Position numbers and translations under genes: made by a program
Shown: positions 9,564 to 19,467 of the stretch, in pieces
How positions within the stretch are numbered: position 1 is the stretch's first letter
How the letters are laid out: each line of letters opens with the position of its first letter
The notes under the pieces: model-generated
What the model saw: the letters and a program-made list of their open reading frames with translations, nothing else
The model's database searches: none
Told to the model about the DNA's origin: nothing
Assembly (NCBI GenBank): GCA_963783885.1
Contig: CAWAPJ010000031.1
Coordinates: 1 to 48,539, forward strand
Length of the DNA: 48,539 bases
Direction of reading: 5' to 3'
Source of the DNA: Waddliaceae bacterium
GTDB taxonomy: Bacteria > Chlamydiota > Chlamydiia > Chlamydiales > SLFE01

Positions 9564-9941
9564 TTAAGATTGGCTTTTGACTTTTTGCGTGTGGCCGTCG
9601 GTTTTGTCGCTTTTTTTATCCAGAAATTGAACCCGTTCCGCTGCAACTCTAAGTTTGCACCTTTTGTCGCCGTCTTTTGAATACCAAACGTCGAGTTGCA
9701 AACGACCTTCAATAAGAACCGATGAGGAGACAGTCAGAGCTTCGGCGCAAGCCTCGGCTTGTTTTCCCCAAACAACAACATCAACAAAGCAAGCTTCTTG
9801 TTGTTTTTCTCCATGTAGATTAATGTAGTCGCGGTTTAATGCTACCAGTAAATCCGTGACTGCTACGCCATTCGGAGTTTTTCTCAGCTCGGGCTTTTTT
9901 GTTAGACGCCCTGCAATTATGACCTTGTTAAGGGATGCCAT
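9564..9941 (-). CDS. ssb: Single-stranded DNA-binding protein, short form without acidic tail
   Basis: MASLNKVIIAGRLTKKPELR, FVDVVVWGKQAE and VLIEGRLQ OB-fold motifs. Confidence 0.9.
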   Translation of the reverse strand: MASLNKVIIAGRLTKKPELRKTPNGVAVTDLLVALNRDYINLHGEKQQEACFVDVVVWGKQAEACAEALTVSSSVLIEGRLQLDVWYSKDGDKRCKLRVAAERVQFLDKKSDKTDGHTQKVKSQS

Positions 9942-10152
9942 CTGATCCTCAAATAGTTAATTACCTCTTTCTAACCCGACCTTATCAAAAAAAAAATTTA
10001 TGACAAACAAAAAATATATTTAAATTAAATGTTTTCTAAATTATTAAAAATCAATTTATTGTAAAATAATGACCAGCAATTTAAAACTCTGTGCCTTTGT
10101 GCCTTGAGTTTATTCAGTGGATCGAACGTTGATGACTCAAAATAAACAAGTG

Positions 10153-10182
10153 TTGACAGGCCCCTTATATCAAGCGTATAAA
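10153..10182 (+). promoter_or_regulatory. Putative sigma66/sigma70 promoter of the STAS gene-miaA unit
   Basis: TTGACA-N18-TATAAA, 33 nt upstream of the likely ATG. Confidence 0.5.
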
Positions 10183-10215
10183 GAAGTTAACATATTGAGG
10201 AACTCCGAGGTTTCT

Positions 10216-10560
10216 ATGGACGAGTCAGTCGCTATTGAGGAAAAAATCAACGGAAATGTTTTAATATTGTTGATCAAAGGCAGGTTGGATGCCATATCTT
10301 CGATTGATGTAGAGAAACAAATATTCAACTATATCAGCGAAGGGCACCACAATCTCATCCTGAATTTTTCTGAAGTCGATTATCTCAGTAGTGTCGGGAT
10401 GCGGCTTTTGCTCCGAACAACAAAAAAGCTAAAAATGCTTTCAGGCAAATTGGTGGTTTGCGAGATTAACACAAATGTTATGGATATTTTGAAAATGTCG
10501 GGGTTCGACCATGTCATAGAATTTTGCAATACTGAACAAGAAGCTTTGAAGAAATTTTAG
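10216..10560 (+). CDS. rsbV: Anti-sigma factor antagonist (STAS domain)
   Basis: GRLDA and VDYLSSVGMRLL (phosphoacceptor Ser) motifs; upstream of miaA as in Chlamydia. Confidence 0.9.
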   Translation: MDESVAIEEKINGNVLILLIKGRLDAISSIDVEKQIFNYISEGHHNLILNFSEVDYLSSVGMRLLLRTTKKLKMLSGKLVVCEINTNVMDILKMSGFDHVIEFCNTEQEALKKF

Positions 10561-10609
10561 CGCTGAATTAAACTCTACTTCAAAATGTTTGAATAAATAA
10601 GATGATCTT

Positions 10610-11644
10610 GTGAACAGCGGAATTTCATGCGGTAAAGATATACTAGAAAGATTGACATCGGGAAGCACCCATGTTCAGGAACAGCTGATTTTTCCTCCAA
10701 CAAAAGAAAAAAGGGCTAAAGTGATTGTGCTTGCAGGGCCGACTAGCTGCGGCAAATCGGCCCTTTCTATGATGCTTGCCGAATTGATCTCAGGCGAAAT
10801 CATATCAGCCGATTCCATACAGGTCTACAAAGGGATGGACATCGGAACAGCCAAGGCTTCTAAAAGAGATAGGATTAAAGTTCCCCACCACATGATTGAT
10901 ATTCGGGATATTTGGGAAGATTTCAATGTTGTCGATTTTTATCACGAATCCAAATTTTGCATCGACGCCATCCATAGTGCTCAGAGAGTGCCGATAGTTG
11001 TCGGAGGGTCGGGATTTTATATCCATTCTCTGCTGTATGGTCCTCCAAGCGGCCCTCCATCGGTTCCCGAGGTTAGGCAAAGGATGGAGGAACAATTTGA
11101 CCGCCTAGGGCCTGATGCTATGTTTGAAAGGCTCTCGCAACTGGATCTTGATTATGCAAAAACGATTACCCGGCATGATCGGCAAAAAATCGTCAGAGCT
11201 TTAGAGATTATTGAAATCACCGGTTCAAAAGTCAGTCAGTTGAGCTGGAAGAATAGGAGGATACCAAAGAATTATGATTTTCGGTGCTGGTTTCTCAACA
11301 GACCCAAGACCACCCTCTACCAGAGAATTGAAAAGAGATGTAATAAAATGCTTTCCCATGGATTGCTAGAAGAAGTGTCGAGGCTCGAAAAAATGGGGCT
11401 AAGAGAGAACCCTTCGGCCTCCCAGGCCATTGGATATCGTCAAAGCCTTGATTTTTTAAATGGGAAGCAAGATGAGCAGCATTATCTAGAGTTTGTCGAT
11501 AATTTTATGAGGGATTCAAGGCGATATGCCAAAAGGCAGCTGACCTGGTTCAGGAGAGAGCCTATGTTTCAGTGGCTTGATTTGGATCTGCACGATCCGG
11601 AGACCGCAATAGATTTGATTATAAATGATTTTGAGGCAAGATAA
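10610..11644 (+). CDS. miaA: tRNA dimethylallyltransferase
   Basis: GPTSCGKS, ISADSIQVYKGMDIGTAK and RRYAKRQLTWF motifs. Confidence 0.97.
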   Translation: MNSGISCGKDILERLTSGSTHVQEQLIFPPTKEKRAKVIVLAGPTSCGKSALSMMLAELISGEIISADSIQVYKGMDIGTAKASKRDRIKVPHHMIDIRDIWEDFNVVDFYHESKFCIDAIHSAQRVPIVVGGSGFYIHSLLYGPPSGPPSVPEVRQRMEEQFDRLGPDAMFERLSQLDLDYAKTITRHDRQKIVRALEIIEITGSKVSQLSWKNRRIPKNYDFRCWFLNRPKTTLYQRIEKRCNKMLSHGLLEEVSRLEKMGLRENPSASQAIGYRQSLDFLNGKQDEQHYLEFVDNFMRDSRRYAKRQLTWFRREPMFQWLDLDLHDPETAIDLIINDFEAR

Positions 11645-11667
11645 GAGGAAATTGTATAGTTTCTTCT

Positions 11668-11696
11668 TTGCATAAATTGCCTTTTTGGGTTATATT
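11668..11696 (+). promoter_or_regulatory. Putative sigma66/sigma70 promoter
   Basis: TTGCAT-N17-TATATT upstream of the 11742 ORF. Confidence 0.5.
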
Positions 11697-11741
11697 TGTG
11701 GTTAATGTTAGTCTAAATGCCCACAAGTAAAGAGATTGCCA

Positions 11742-13418
11742 ATGGACCAGCCTGATGAACAAAATTCCGATACCGTTTCTTGCTTGGAAACTAATGAAAA
11801 TGAGGTGAATCAGGATAGAGATATTATGCCCGAATCAGTGAATGAGGAAGATAAGCCCGAAAATTTACAAACCCCGCCTCCTCAAAAGAAGGGAGGGTAT
11901 GATGAATTTTTAACGGGACTTAAGGAACAAAACGCTCCCGAGCAAAAAATCGCTTATGTACTCGAATTTATGGAAAAGGCTATTTCCCAAGTGGGGGCCC
12001 CCTCCTTTAAAGAATTTTGGGATGCCAGAAAGCTTTGCCTTTCCCTTTTCAAAGAAGAAACCCTCTCTTTTTCCGTACGTTCGCATTTGTGGAATCGTTA
12101 TGTTGAATTGTCAAAAGAGGCTCATAGACTCAAAGAAGTCTTAGATGAACAAAGCGCTTTTGCCGCCGAGCAGATCGATCTGGCTATAAAGGCCCTTGAA
12201 GACGATATCAACAAGCTCGCTGAAGCCGAAAGTATGCAGCAGGAAATCACCTTTGATCCTCCTTCTAAATTTCTCGAGCCGAAAATTTCAGAGTACATCA
12301 AGATACAAACTGAATTGTCATTTCTTAACGCCTTTGCCGCCAGAATCAATTCCTTGCGAAAAGAGCTGATCAAAACTGAGATGCGCATTCGATTCAAAAA
12401 TAAATTCTTTCAACGTTTGTCTTCTGCTGGAGACAAAATTTTCCCCCGCCGCAAGGATCTCATCAAATTGATTAGTCAATTATTTATTGATGATGTTAGC
12501 TGTTTCATCGATGAAAATTTTACCTCTTCTAAGATCAACCAGCCCTTTTACTTTTTAAGGGATGAGATTAAAGCCCTTCAAAGCGCAGCGAAAATTTTGA
12601 CTTTAAATACACAGGCTTTCAATCAAACCCGTATGAAACTCAGCGAGTGTTGGGATAAAATTAAAAAAATTGAAAAAGAAAAGAAAAAAGAGAAAGCCAA
12701 ACTTAAGGCTGTCTTTAAGGAACATGCAGATTCTGTCGAAGAAAAAATTAAGGAATTGGAATTTCAATATGAAACCGGCAGTCTAAACGACGCTCAGGCT
12801 TCGAATCAAGTTCATGAAATTTCCCAATTTATGCGGCAGGTTCAATTGGGGCGGGACGATATCAAGGCTTTTCGCGATCGACTGAACCGTATTAAAGCAG
12901 ACATCCACGCCAGAGCCGCAGCCGCAGAGCAGGAAAGATTGAAGCAGGAAAAGCAGCAGCAGGAGCAAATCAACCTGAAGGCTGCTAAACTGATCGAGCA
13001 GTTGGACGCTCTTGCAGCGGAAATTGAATCCAGACCCATTGTGGAGGTCAACGAAGAAATTGAACGCCTGACTCAGGAAATGACTCTGCTTAAGCTCGCA
13101 AAATCTCTACAAAATGATTTTGACCGGCATTTACAGATACTGCGCGACAAGATTTCAGAGGCAAAAATTCGCAACCTTCCTAAAAATGATCAGGATGCTT
13201 ACGAGCAATTGAAAGTTTTATTGAGCGAGAGTAAAAAAAGAAGAAAAGAAATCAAAGAAAAATTAGAGTCTTATCGCAAGGCGGCAGGCACCTCAGGCCT
13301 GGATATGGAACAGGCCTTGAAACAACGCGAGCTTCTCGATCATGAGAAGGAGCGCTTGGAAAAGGTCGATGAAGAGATTCTTCAAATCAAAAGTAAAATC
13401 AGAGAATTGGAACAATAA
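11742..13418 (+). CDS. Conserved chlamydial coiled-coil protein (CT768-like)
   Basis: FWDARKLCL, LRKELIKTEMRIRFKNKFFQRLS and LSECWD motifs; position between miaA and rsfS/fabF recalled from Chlamydia. Confidence 0.75.
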   Translation: MDQPDEQNSDTVSCLETNENEVNQDRDIMPESVNEEDKPENLQTPPPQKKGGYDEFLTGLKEQNAPEQKIAYVLEFMEKAISQVGAPSFKEFWDARKLCLSLFKEETLSFSVRSHLWNRYVELSKEAHRLKEVLDEQSAFAAEQIDLAIKALEDDINKLAEAESMQQEITFDPPSKFLEPKISEYIKIQTELSFLNAFAARINSLRKELIKTEMRIRFKNKFFQRLSSAGDKIFPRRKDLIKLISQLFIDDVSCFIDENFTSSKINQPFYFLRDEIKALQSAAKILTLNTQAFNQTRMKLSECWDKIKKIEKEKKKEKAKLKAVFKEHADSVEEKIKELEFQYETGSLNDAQASNQVHEISQFMRQVQLGRDDIKAFRDRLNRIKADIHARAAAAEQERLKQEKQQQEQINLKAAKLIEQLDALAAEIESRPIVEVNEEIERLTQEMTLLKLAKSLQNDFDRHLQILRDKISEAKIRNLPKNDQDAYEQLKVLLSESKKRRKEIKEKLESYRKAAGTSGLDMEQALKQRELLDHEKERLEKVDEEILQIKSKIRELEQ

Positions 13419-13518
13419 CCCAAAATTCTGGTGATAAAATCCTAAAGATTTTCATTGCAACTTACTCATGTTTTGGCGATAGTATTTTTTTAGATGAATT
13501 TTAAATTTGGGTGAATAA

Positions 13519-15642
13519 ATGCCGTCGGAAAAATTTGGTATTCATGTTTTTAATCGTTCAGTCATGCAGAAGACCCTCCCCCCTGAAATTTTTCGCAATA
13601 TTATTTCCGCGTCTAAAGGGGAAGAGAGAATTCGTCCCGAATACGCCGATACAATTGCCGTTGCGATGAAAGAGTGGGCCGTAAGTCTGGGGGCAACGCA
13701 TTTCACACACTGGTTTCTCCCGCTGACAGGAGCTTCCGCTGAAAAACATGATTCCTTTATCGAGTGGAATCCTTCAGAGGATAAGATCGTCGAAAAATTC
13801 ACGGGCAAACAACTACTGCAAGGGGAACCGGATGCTTCATCATTCCCATCCGGCGGTCTCAGAAGCACTTACGAGGCCAGAGGGTATACCGGCTGGGATC
13901 CGACTTCTCCAGTGTTCATTTGGAAGGGTGGCGATGGCGTTACCTTATGCATACCGTCGGTGTTTTTTTCCTGGACAGGGGATGTTCTCGATTCAAAGAT
14001 CCCTCTTCTTAGATCCGAGAAAAAGTTAAACCATGCTGTGCTTCGCCTTTTGAAATTAACGGGCGTTAAAGCCAATTATATTTTTACAACTCTTGGCCTG
14101 GAGCAGGAATACTTTGTTGTCGACCGCAGCTTAAGAAACCTGCGCCCGGATTTGGTTTTAACCGGGAGAACGGTTTTAGGAGCTCCTTCGCCGAAAGGAC
14201 AGGAACTTCAAGACCATTATTTTGCATCTGTCAACGACAGAATCCTGAGCTTTATGCACGACTTTGAGTCAAAAGCACTTGAAGTGGCCATTCCGGTCAA
14301 AACCAGACACAATGAAGTCGCTCCATCTCAATACGAAGTTGCCCACGTCTTTGAAAGTTCCTCAACTGCTGTCGATCACAATATCCTAATGATGGAATTA
14401 ATGAGGCAGACTGCCGAAAAACACGGCCTGTCATGCCTTCTCCATGAAAAACCTTTCCATGGCTTGAACGGATCGGGTAAACACGCTAATTGGTCTATAA
14501 TGACTGACTCCGGCATCAATTTGCTGGATCCTTCAGATCTGCCGGAAAATAACTTACTGTTTCTCATCTTGCTCAGCTCTATTCTGGATGCCATCAATCA
14601 ACACGCTGTATTGCTCAGAGCGTCGATTGGGTCGGCTTCCAATGACTACCGCTTAGGAGGGCATGAGGCGCCGCCAGCGATCATATCCGTATATCTGGGA
14701 GAAGAACTCGAATCCCTTCTCAACGATATTGAAAAATCAGGGGGGCATATAACTGCCAAACGACCGGGAAAATATGATCTAGGCCTGGCAACTCTTCCCG
14801 ATCTTTCCAAGGATAATACCGACCGCAATAGAACGTCGCCATTTGCATTTACGGGGAATAAATTCGAATTTCGAGCTGTAGGATCTTCCTCCAATCCTTC
14901 ATTTGCCATCACAGTGTTGAACGCAGCTGTTGCCGAGAGTCTCAATAAGATCATTGACGATATTGAAACTAAATTAGGAAAAACGAAGACTTTGGACAAA
15001 AAGGGTGTGGGTCAGGCAGCGATTACTGTTCTTCAAAAACATATCAAAAATTCAAAGAATATTCGGTTTTCCGGCGATAATTATAGCCATGCGTGGGTCT
15101 TGGAAGCGAAGAAAAAACACCTTCCAAACATAAAAAAATCACCCGAAGCTTTTAAAGCCCTTCTGGACAAAAAAACTGCCAGCACGTTTCGCGGAATTCT
15201 TCTCGAGCATGAACTTGAGAGTCGCTATGAACTTATGATGGATCACTACATTCAAACGATTGAAATCGAAATTAAAGTCATGCTCGATATGTTTAGGACC
15301 CAATTGCTCCCATCGGCTATAAAAACTCAAAAAGATTTTGCCGAGAGTCTTGCATCTCTTAAACAGCTTTTGCCCTCTTCAAAGAAACTTTCTGCTCTCA
15401 AAACAGGATTGGAGAAACTGGCCGGAGCCATTGAAACTGCTTTGAAGTTGGCTGAAGAGCTCGTTGCCGTTCGCCTGGAGGCATCAAAACAAACAAATAT
15501 TACCCGAAAGGGCAATGCGTTTGCCAATAAGGTTCTTCCCATGTCCGATAAGTTTCGAGAAGCCGTCGACAACATGGAAGCTCTTGTTGACGACGAGTAT
15601 TGGCCTATTCCTAAATACAGAGAAATTTTATTCCTAAAATGA
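13519..15642 (+). CDS. glnA: Glutamine synthetase type III
   Basis: HFTHWFLPLTGASAEKHD, GEPDASSFPSGGLRSTYEARGYT and DRNRTSPFAFTGNKFEFR motifs; 707 aa. Confidence 0.96.
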   Translation: MPSEKFGIHVFNRSVMQKTLPPEIFRNIISASKGEERIRPEYADTIAVAMKEWAVSLGATHFTHWFLPLTGASAEKHDSFIEWNPSEDKIVEKFTGKQLLQGEPDASSFPSGGLRSTYEARGYTGWDPTSPVFIWKGGDGVTLCIPSVFFSWTGDVLDSKIPLLRSEKKLNHAVLRLLKLTGVKANYIFTTLGLEQEYFVVDRSLRNLRPDLVLTGRTVLGAPSPKGQELQDHYFASVNDRILSFMHDFESKALEVAIPVKTRHNEVAPSQYEVAHVFESSSTAVDHNILMMELMRQTAEKHGLSCLLHEKPFHGLNGSGKHANWSIMTDSGINLLDPSDLPENNLLFLILLSSILDAINQHAVLLRASIGSASNDYRLGGHEAPPAIISVYLGEELESLLNDIEKSGGHITAKRPGKYDLGLATLPDLSKDNTDRNRTSPFAFTGNKFEFRAVGSSSNPSFAITVLNAAVAESLNKIIDDIETKLGKTKTLDKKGVGQAAITVLQKHIKNSKNIRFSGDNYSHAWVLEAKKKHLPNIKKSPEAFKALLDKKTASTFRGILLEHELESRYELMMDHYIQTIEIEIKVMLDMFRTQLLPSAIKTQKDFAESLASLKQLLPSSKKLSALKTGLEKLAGAIETALKLAEELVAVRLEASKQTNITRKGNAFANKVLPMSDKFREAVDNMEALVDDEYWPIPKYREILFLK

Positions 15643-16235
15643 AAAAAATAGGACTTTACGGCGGAACTTTTGATCCTATACATTTCGGCCATTTGAATCT
15701 GATTATGCAGATAAAGGAGATGCGCGGCCTCGATGAGGTGTGGCTGGTCCCAACAGGCATCAATCCTTTTAAGATCGATAAAAAGGTGTCGGAGGCAAAG
15801 TATCGTTTGGCTATGACCCTGGCGGCGATTGAACCTTTTCCCCACCTCAAAGTTATGGATAATGAGCTTCAGCGTGAAGGGGTTTCATATGCGATCGACA
15901 CTTTAAAAGAATTTTTTGAGCTTCAGGACGATCATGAGTATGCCATTATCATCGGCGACGATGCGGCTGAAGGCTTTTTTCGCTGGAAAAGTGTCAAAGA
16001 AATTATTCAATTGGTTCCCATATATGTGGGGAGAAGATCCTGCGATTTTAAAATCGACAGCCTTATAGGGGATGCAGAAGTCCTCAATACCTTGAAAAAA
16101 GGGATGACAGACACAAAGATTGTCGAAATTTCCAGCACAGACATACGCCAAAGAGTGTCTCGGGGGCTCAATTGCTGCCATCTGGCCCCTCCAAAAGTCA
16201 TGGACATAATATATAAAAATGATTTATACTCTTAA
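15639..16235 (+). CDS. nadD: Nicotinate-nucleotide adenylyltransferase
   Basis: GGTFDPIHFGHL and ISSTDIR motifs. Confidence 0.95.
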   Translation: MKKIGLYGGTFDPIHFGHLNLIMQIKEMRGLDEVWLVPTGINPFKIDKKVSEAKYRLAMTLAAIEPFPHLKVMDNELQREGVSYAIDTLKEFFELQDDHEYAIIIGDDAAEGFFRWKSVKEIIQLVPIYVGRRSCDFKIDSLIGDAEVLNTLKKGMTDTKIVEISSTDIRQRVSRGLNCCHLAPPKVMDIIYKNDLYS

Positions 16236-16239
16236 TTAT

Positions 16240-16605
16240 ATGGAGAAGAAAGACTTAGATCTTATCGCGCAGACGATTTTCGATAAAAAAGGATCTAATA
16301 TATTTGTTTTGGACGTCCGGGGGCTGACCTCGATGACCGATTTTTTTGTTTTGGCCGAGGGAAATGTCGACCGGCATGTTAAGGCTATAGGGGACGCTGT
16401 TTTGGACTCCATGGCAAAATCGGGGTGTGAAGCTCTTAGGGTAGAAGGGAAACAGTTTGCTGATTGGATGGTGATTGATTTTGGCGATATTTTTGTCCAT
16501 TTGTTTACTCCCGGAGTTAGAGAAAAATATGGTTTAGAGTCTGTTTGGAGCAAAGGGAAAATTGTCGATGTTTCCATCGATATTTCGAAAAAAATAGCAG
16601 GTTAA
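16240..16605 (+). CDS. rsfS: Ribosome silencing factor
   Basis: DKKGSNI, WMVIDFGDIFVHLF and REKYGLESVW motifs. Confidence 0.95.
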   Translation: MEKKDLDLIAQTIFDKKGSNIFVLDVRGLTSMTDFFVLAEGNVDRHVKAIGDAVLDSMAKSGCEALRVEGKQFADWMVIDFGDIFVHLFTPGVREKYGLESVWSKGKIVDVSIDISKKIAG

Positions 16606-16607
16606 AT

Positions 16608-17849
16608 ATGACAAAAAAAAGAGTAGTCATCACCGGCTTGGGGGTTGTTTCCTGTTTTGGAAATGATGTGGAAGGCTTTATCGATGCTTTAATGGCTGGA
16701 AAAAGCGGAGTGAGATCGATCACTGAATTTCCGTGCGATGATTTTCCTACCCGATTTGCGGCTAAAATTTCAAATTTCGATCCCGACGGATATATCGACA
16801 AAAAGCAGGCAAGAAGGGTCGATAACTTTATCGCCTATTCTCTGGTTTCAGGAAAAAAAGCTCTTGAATCGGCAAAAATTGACAAAGAAAGCAAACTGGA
16901 CAAAAAACGATGCGGGGTTCTGATAGGTTCCGGCATGGGCGGACTCGACATGTTCTCTAATGCCGTTGAAACGCTAAAAGATAAAGGCATCGGCCGCATG
17001 TCGCCATTTTTCATTCCCTACACGATCACGAATATGGGAGGGGCGCTGCTGGCTATGGAATATGGATTCATGGGGCCCAATTATTCGATTTCGACAGCCT
17101 GCGCGACAGGCAACTACGCCATTGTCAGCGCTCTTAGACATATCCGCGATGGTGAAGCCGATTTAATCGTATGCGGTGGAGTCGAAGCCCCGATCAATGC
17201 CGTTGGTTTGGCCGGATTTTGCGCATGCAGGGCTTTGTCGACAAGAAATGAAGCCCCCGAAAAGGCTGCCCGTCCATGGGATAAAGACCGGGATGGCTTC
17301 GTTATGGGAGAGGGAGCGGGCGTGCTTGTTCTTGAATCCCTCGAACATGCTAAGGCTCGTGGAGCCAGGATCTATGGCGAGGTTCTGGGAGGGGCCTTTT
17401 CTTGCGATGCCCACCACATGACTATGCCTCGCGAAGACGGAGAAGGAATTGCTCTTTGCATCGACAAGGCGCTCAAGGATGCCGATGTTTCACCCTCCGA
17501 AGTGAATTACATTAATGCTCACGCGACTTGCACTCCTCTTGGGGATATGGCTGAAGTAAATGCCGCGAAAAGGATTTTCAAAAACCCTTCTAAAATTTAC
17601 ATGAATGCGACAAAATCCATGATAGGCCATGGCTTGGGAGCGGCGGGAGGCCTGGAAGCCGTCGCGACTGTCATGCAGATGAAGCGAAAAGAAATTCATC
17701 CCACAATAAATCTGGACAATCCTGAAGAGGGCCTCGATTTTATGACTCCGACAAAAGCAACAGATTGCGACATTCAAGTTGCAATCTCCAACTCCTTTGG
17801 CTTTGGCGGCCACAACGCCAGTGTTGTTTTCAAGTCCTACAAGGAATAG
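16608..17849 (+). CDS. fabF: 3-oxoacyl-ACP synthase II
   Basis: RVVITGLG, TACATG, INAHAT, GHGLGAAG and SNSFGFGGHN motifs. Confidence 0.97.
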   Translation: MTKKRVVITGLGVVSCFGNDVEGFIDALMAGKSGVRSITEFPCDDFPTRFAAKISNFDPDGYIDKKQARRVDNFIAYSLVSGKKALESAKIDKESKLDKKRCGVLIGSGMGGLDMFSNAVETLKDKGIGRMSPFFIPYTITNMGGALLAMEYGFMGPNYSISTACATGNYAIVSALRHIRDGEADLIVCGGVEAPINAVGLAGFCACRALSTRNEAPEKAARPWDKDRDGFVMGEGAGVLVLESLEHAKARGARIYGEVLGGAFSCDAHHMTMPREDGEGIALCIDKALKDADVSPSEVNYINAHATCTPLGDMAEVNAAKRIFKNPSKIYMNATKSMIGHGLGAAGGLEAVATVMQMKRKEIHPTINLDNPEEGLDFMTPTKATDCDIQVAISNSFGFGGHNASVVFKSYKE

Positions 17850-17853
17850 TAAG

Positions 17854-18276
17854 ATGGAACATTCCTATGGAATTATCCCATTAAAGCGGCGCGGAGAGGA
17901 TTGGTATGCCTTTATCGTCCATCGGACAAAGTCCGGAGGATTTTGGGAGTTTCCTAAGGGGCATATTGATGAAGGAGAGACTTCTCTTGACGCTGCTGAA
18001 AGAGAGCTGAAAGAAGAAACAGGCTTAACAATTGAAAGAATGCTCGAATTTAATCCCATCACGGAATATTACGAATATGAATGGCATGGAAAAACCATTC
18101 CTAAGGAAGTTCATTATTATCTGGCGCTTGTTGGAGGAGAAATTGCCCTGCAGCCGAAAGAAGTTGATGAGGGTAAATGGGTTCTCTTAAGAGAGGCTGA
18201 AAAACATATGACTCACGATACAAGCCGTTCTATTTCCAAAAAGGTCGCTTCACTTCTACTTAACCTAAGCCCCTGA
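17854..18276 (+). CDS. NUDIX hydrolase (Ap4A hydrolase-like)
   Basis: Nudix box PKGHIDEGETSLDAAERELKEETGL; follows fabF as in Chlamydia. Confidence 0.9.
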   Translation: MEHSYGIIPLKRRGEDWYAFIVHRTKSGGFWEFPKGHIDEGETSLDAAERELKEETGLTIERMLEFNPITEYYEYEWHGKTIPKEVHYYLALVGGEIALQPKEVDEGKWVLLREAEKHMTHDTSRSISKKVASLLLNLSP

Positions 18277-18425
18277 TTGCTACCTAAACCTCAGCTAGAG
18301 CTTACACGAGTGCGCCAGATACAACTGTAGCGTCGACGGCAAGGGTAATCCCTTGCCAAGTCACTACAGGCAGTAGATGGTGTGCTCGTGTAAGCTCTAG
18401 CTGAGGTTTAGGTAGCAATCAGGGT
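18270..18425. mobile_element. Palindromic MITE/RPE-like element 2 (~155 bp)
   Basis: 40-bp perfect inverted repeat (18271-18310 / 18385-18424), inner stems CTGTAG/CTACAG and GGCAAGGG-TAAT-CCCTTGCC; CTAAG directly repeated at 18265-18269 and 18426-18430. Confidence 0.8.
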
Positions 18426-18473
18426 CTAAGATAATTTTCTGGATATTTATTTCCTGATGAATATATTGAGGAT

Positions 18474-18929
18474 ATGCTTAAGGAGTTTAGAGATTTTGCC
18501 TTAAAGGGGAACGCTCTTGATATGGCGGTTGGTATTGTTATAGGAGCCGCTTTTAGCACTATTGTGAACTCGCTGGTCAATGACATATTGATGCCTCCAA
18601 TTGGACTTTTGCTTGGTCATGTGGATTTTTCGAATTTGTTTCTGACATTAAAAAATGGCACGCCATCGGGTCCATACGCGTCAGAGAGTGCGGCAAGCGC
18701 TGCGGGAGCAGTGACCATTAACTACGGTATTTTCATTAACAGTGTCATTTCATTTATCATCGTCGCTTTTTCTATATTTCTAGTTGTGAGGAACTTCAAC
18801 AAAGTACGCGACAAGTATCTCGGGAAAACAGAGGTAAAAGTCAAAGAATGCCCGGAGTGCTGCAGTCAAATCCCTCTGATGGCTAGAAAGTGCCCAAATT
18901 GCACATCTATCTTAGAATCAATAAAATAG
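18474..18929 (+). CDS. mscL: Large-conductance mechanosensitive channel with C-terminal zinc-ribbon-like tail
   Basis: MLKEFRDFALKGNALDMAVGIVIG; C-terminal CPEC...CPNC. Confidence 0.95.
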   Translation: MLKEFRDFALKGNALDMAVGIVIGAAFSTIVNSLVNDILMPPIGLLLGHVDFSNLFLTLKNGTPSGPYASESAASAAGAVTINYGIFINSVISFIIVAFSIFLVVRNFNKVRDKYLGKTEVKVKECPECCSQIPLMARKCPNCTSILESIK

Positions 18930-18998
18930 ATTTATATCCGATAAAAATAGCTGATACATTATATATTACATTAGAAGAATAGCTTGGAGGTATCGGTC

Positions 18999-19172
18999 AT
19001 GTTATATTGGGCTTTTGTATTTTTTATTATCGCTTTAATAGCGGCTTTTTTTGGCTTTGGCGGTATTGCGTCAGGAGCCGTAGGCATTGCGAAGATTTTA
19101 TTCTTTATCTTCGTGATATTATTTGTTATCAGCTTAATTGCGGGGCTTATTCGTGGAAGACCCCGGATTTGA
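18999..19172 (+). CDS. DUF1328/UPF0391 small membrane protein
   Basis: [35 protein letters not shown] matches the family consensus; GGAGGT RBS. Confidence 0.92.
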   Translation: MLYWAFVFFIIALIAAFFGFGGIASGAVGIAKILFFIFVILFVISLIAGLIRGRPRI

Positions 19173-19183
19173 GGAGGTAAGTT

Positions 19184-19459
19184 GTGAATTTTAAAGTTTT
19201 AACTTTATTGTCTTTGTTGTCGCTGGCTTTCGTTGGATGCCAAACGGAAGGGCCTGCTGAAAAGGCGGGAAAAAAAATTGATGAATCAATCCAAAATCTC
19301 AAAGAGAAAGCTCATGAAATGATGGAAGATCAGGGTCCTGCCGAAAAAACGGGTGAAAAAATTGACAAGGGAATCGATAGTATTAAAGAGAAATCTCAGG
19401 ATTTAAGAACTCCTTCAGAGGAAAAGTCCCCGAATTTGCAACGATCATCAAATGGCTGA
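19184..19459 (+). CDS. Small stress-type lipoprotein with a duplicated GPAEKxGxKID motif
   Basis: Lipobox FVGC; two repeats EGPAEKAGKKIDE / QGPAEKTGEKIDK; GGAGG RBS. Confidence 0.8.
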   Translation: MNFKVLTLLSLLSLAFVGCQTEGPAEKAGKKIDESIQNLKEKAHEMMEDQGPAEKTGEKIDKGIDSIKEKSQDLRTPSEEKSPNLQRSSNG

Positions 19460-19467
19460 TAGGGACT

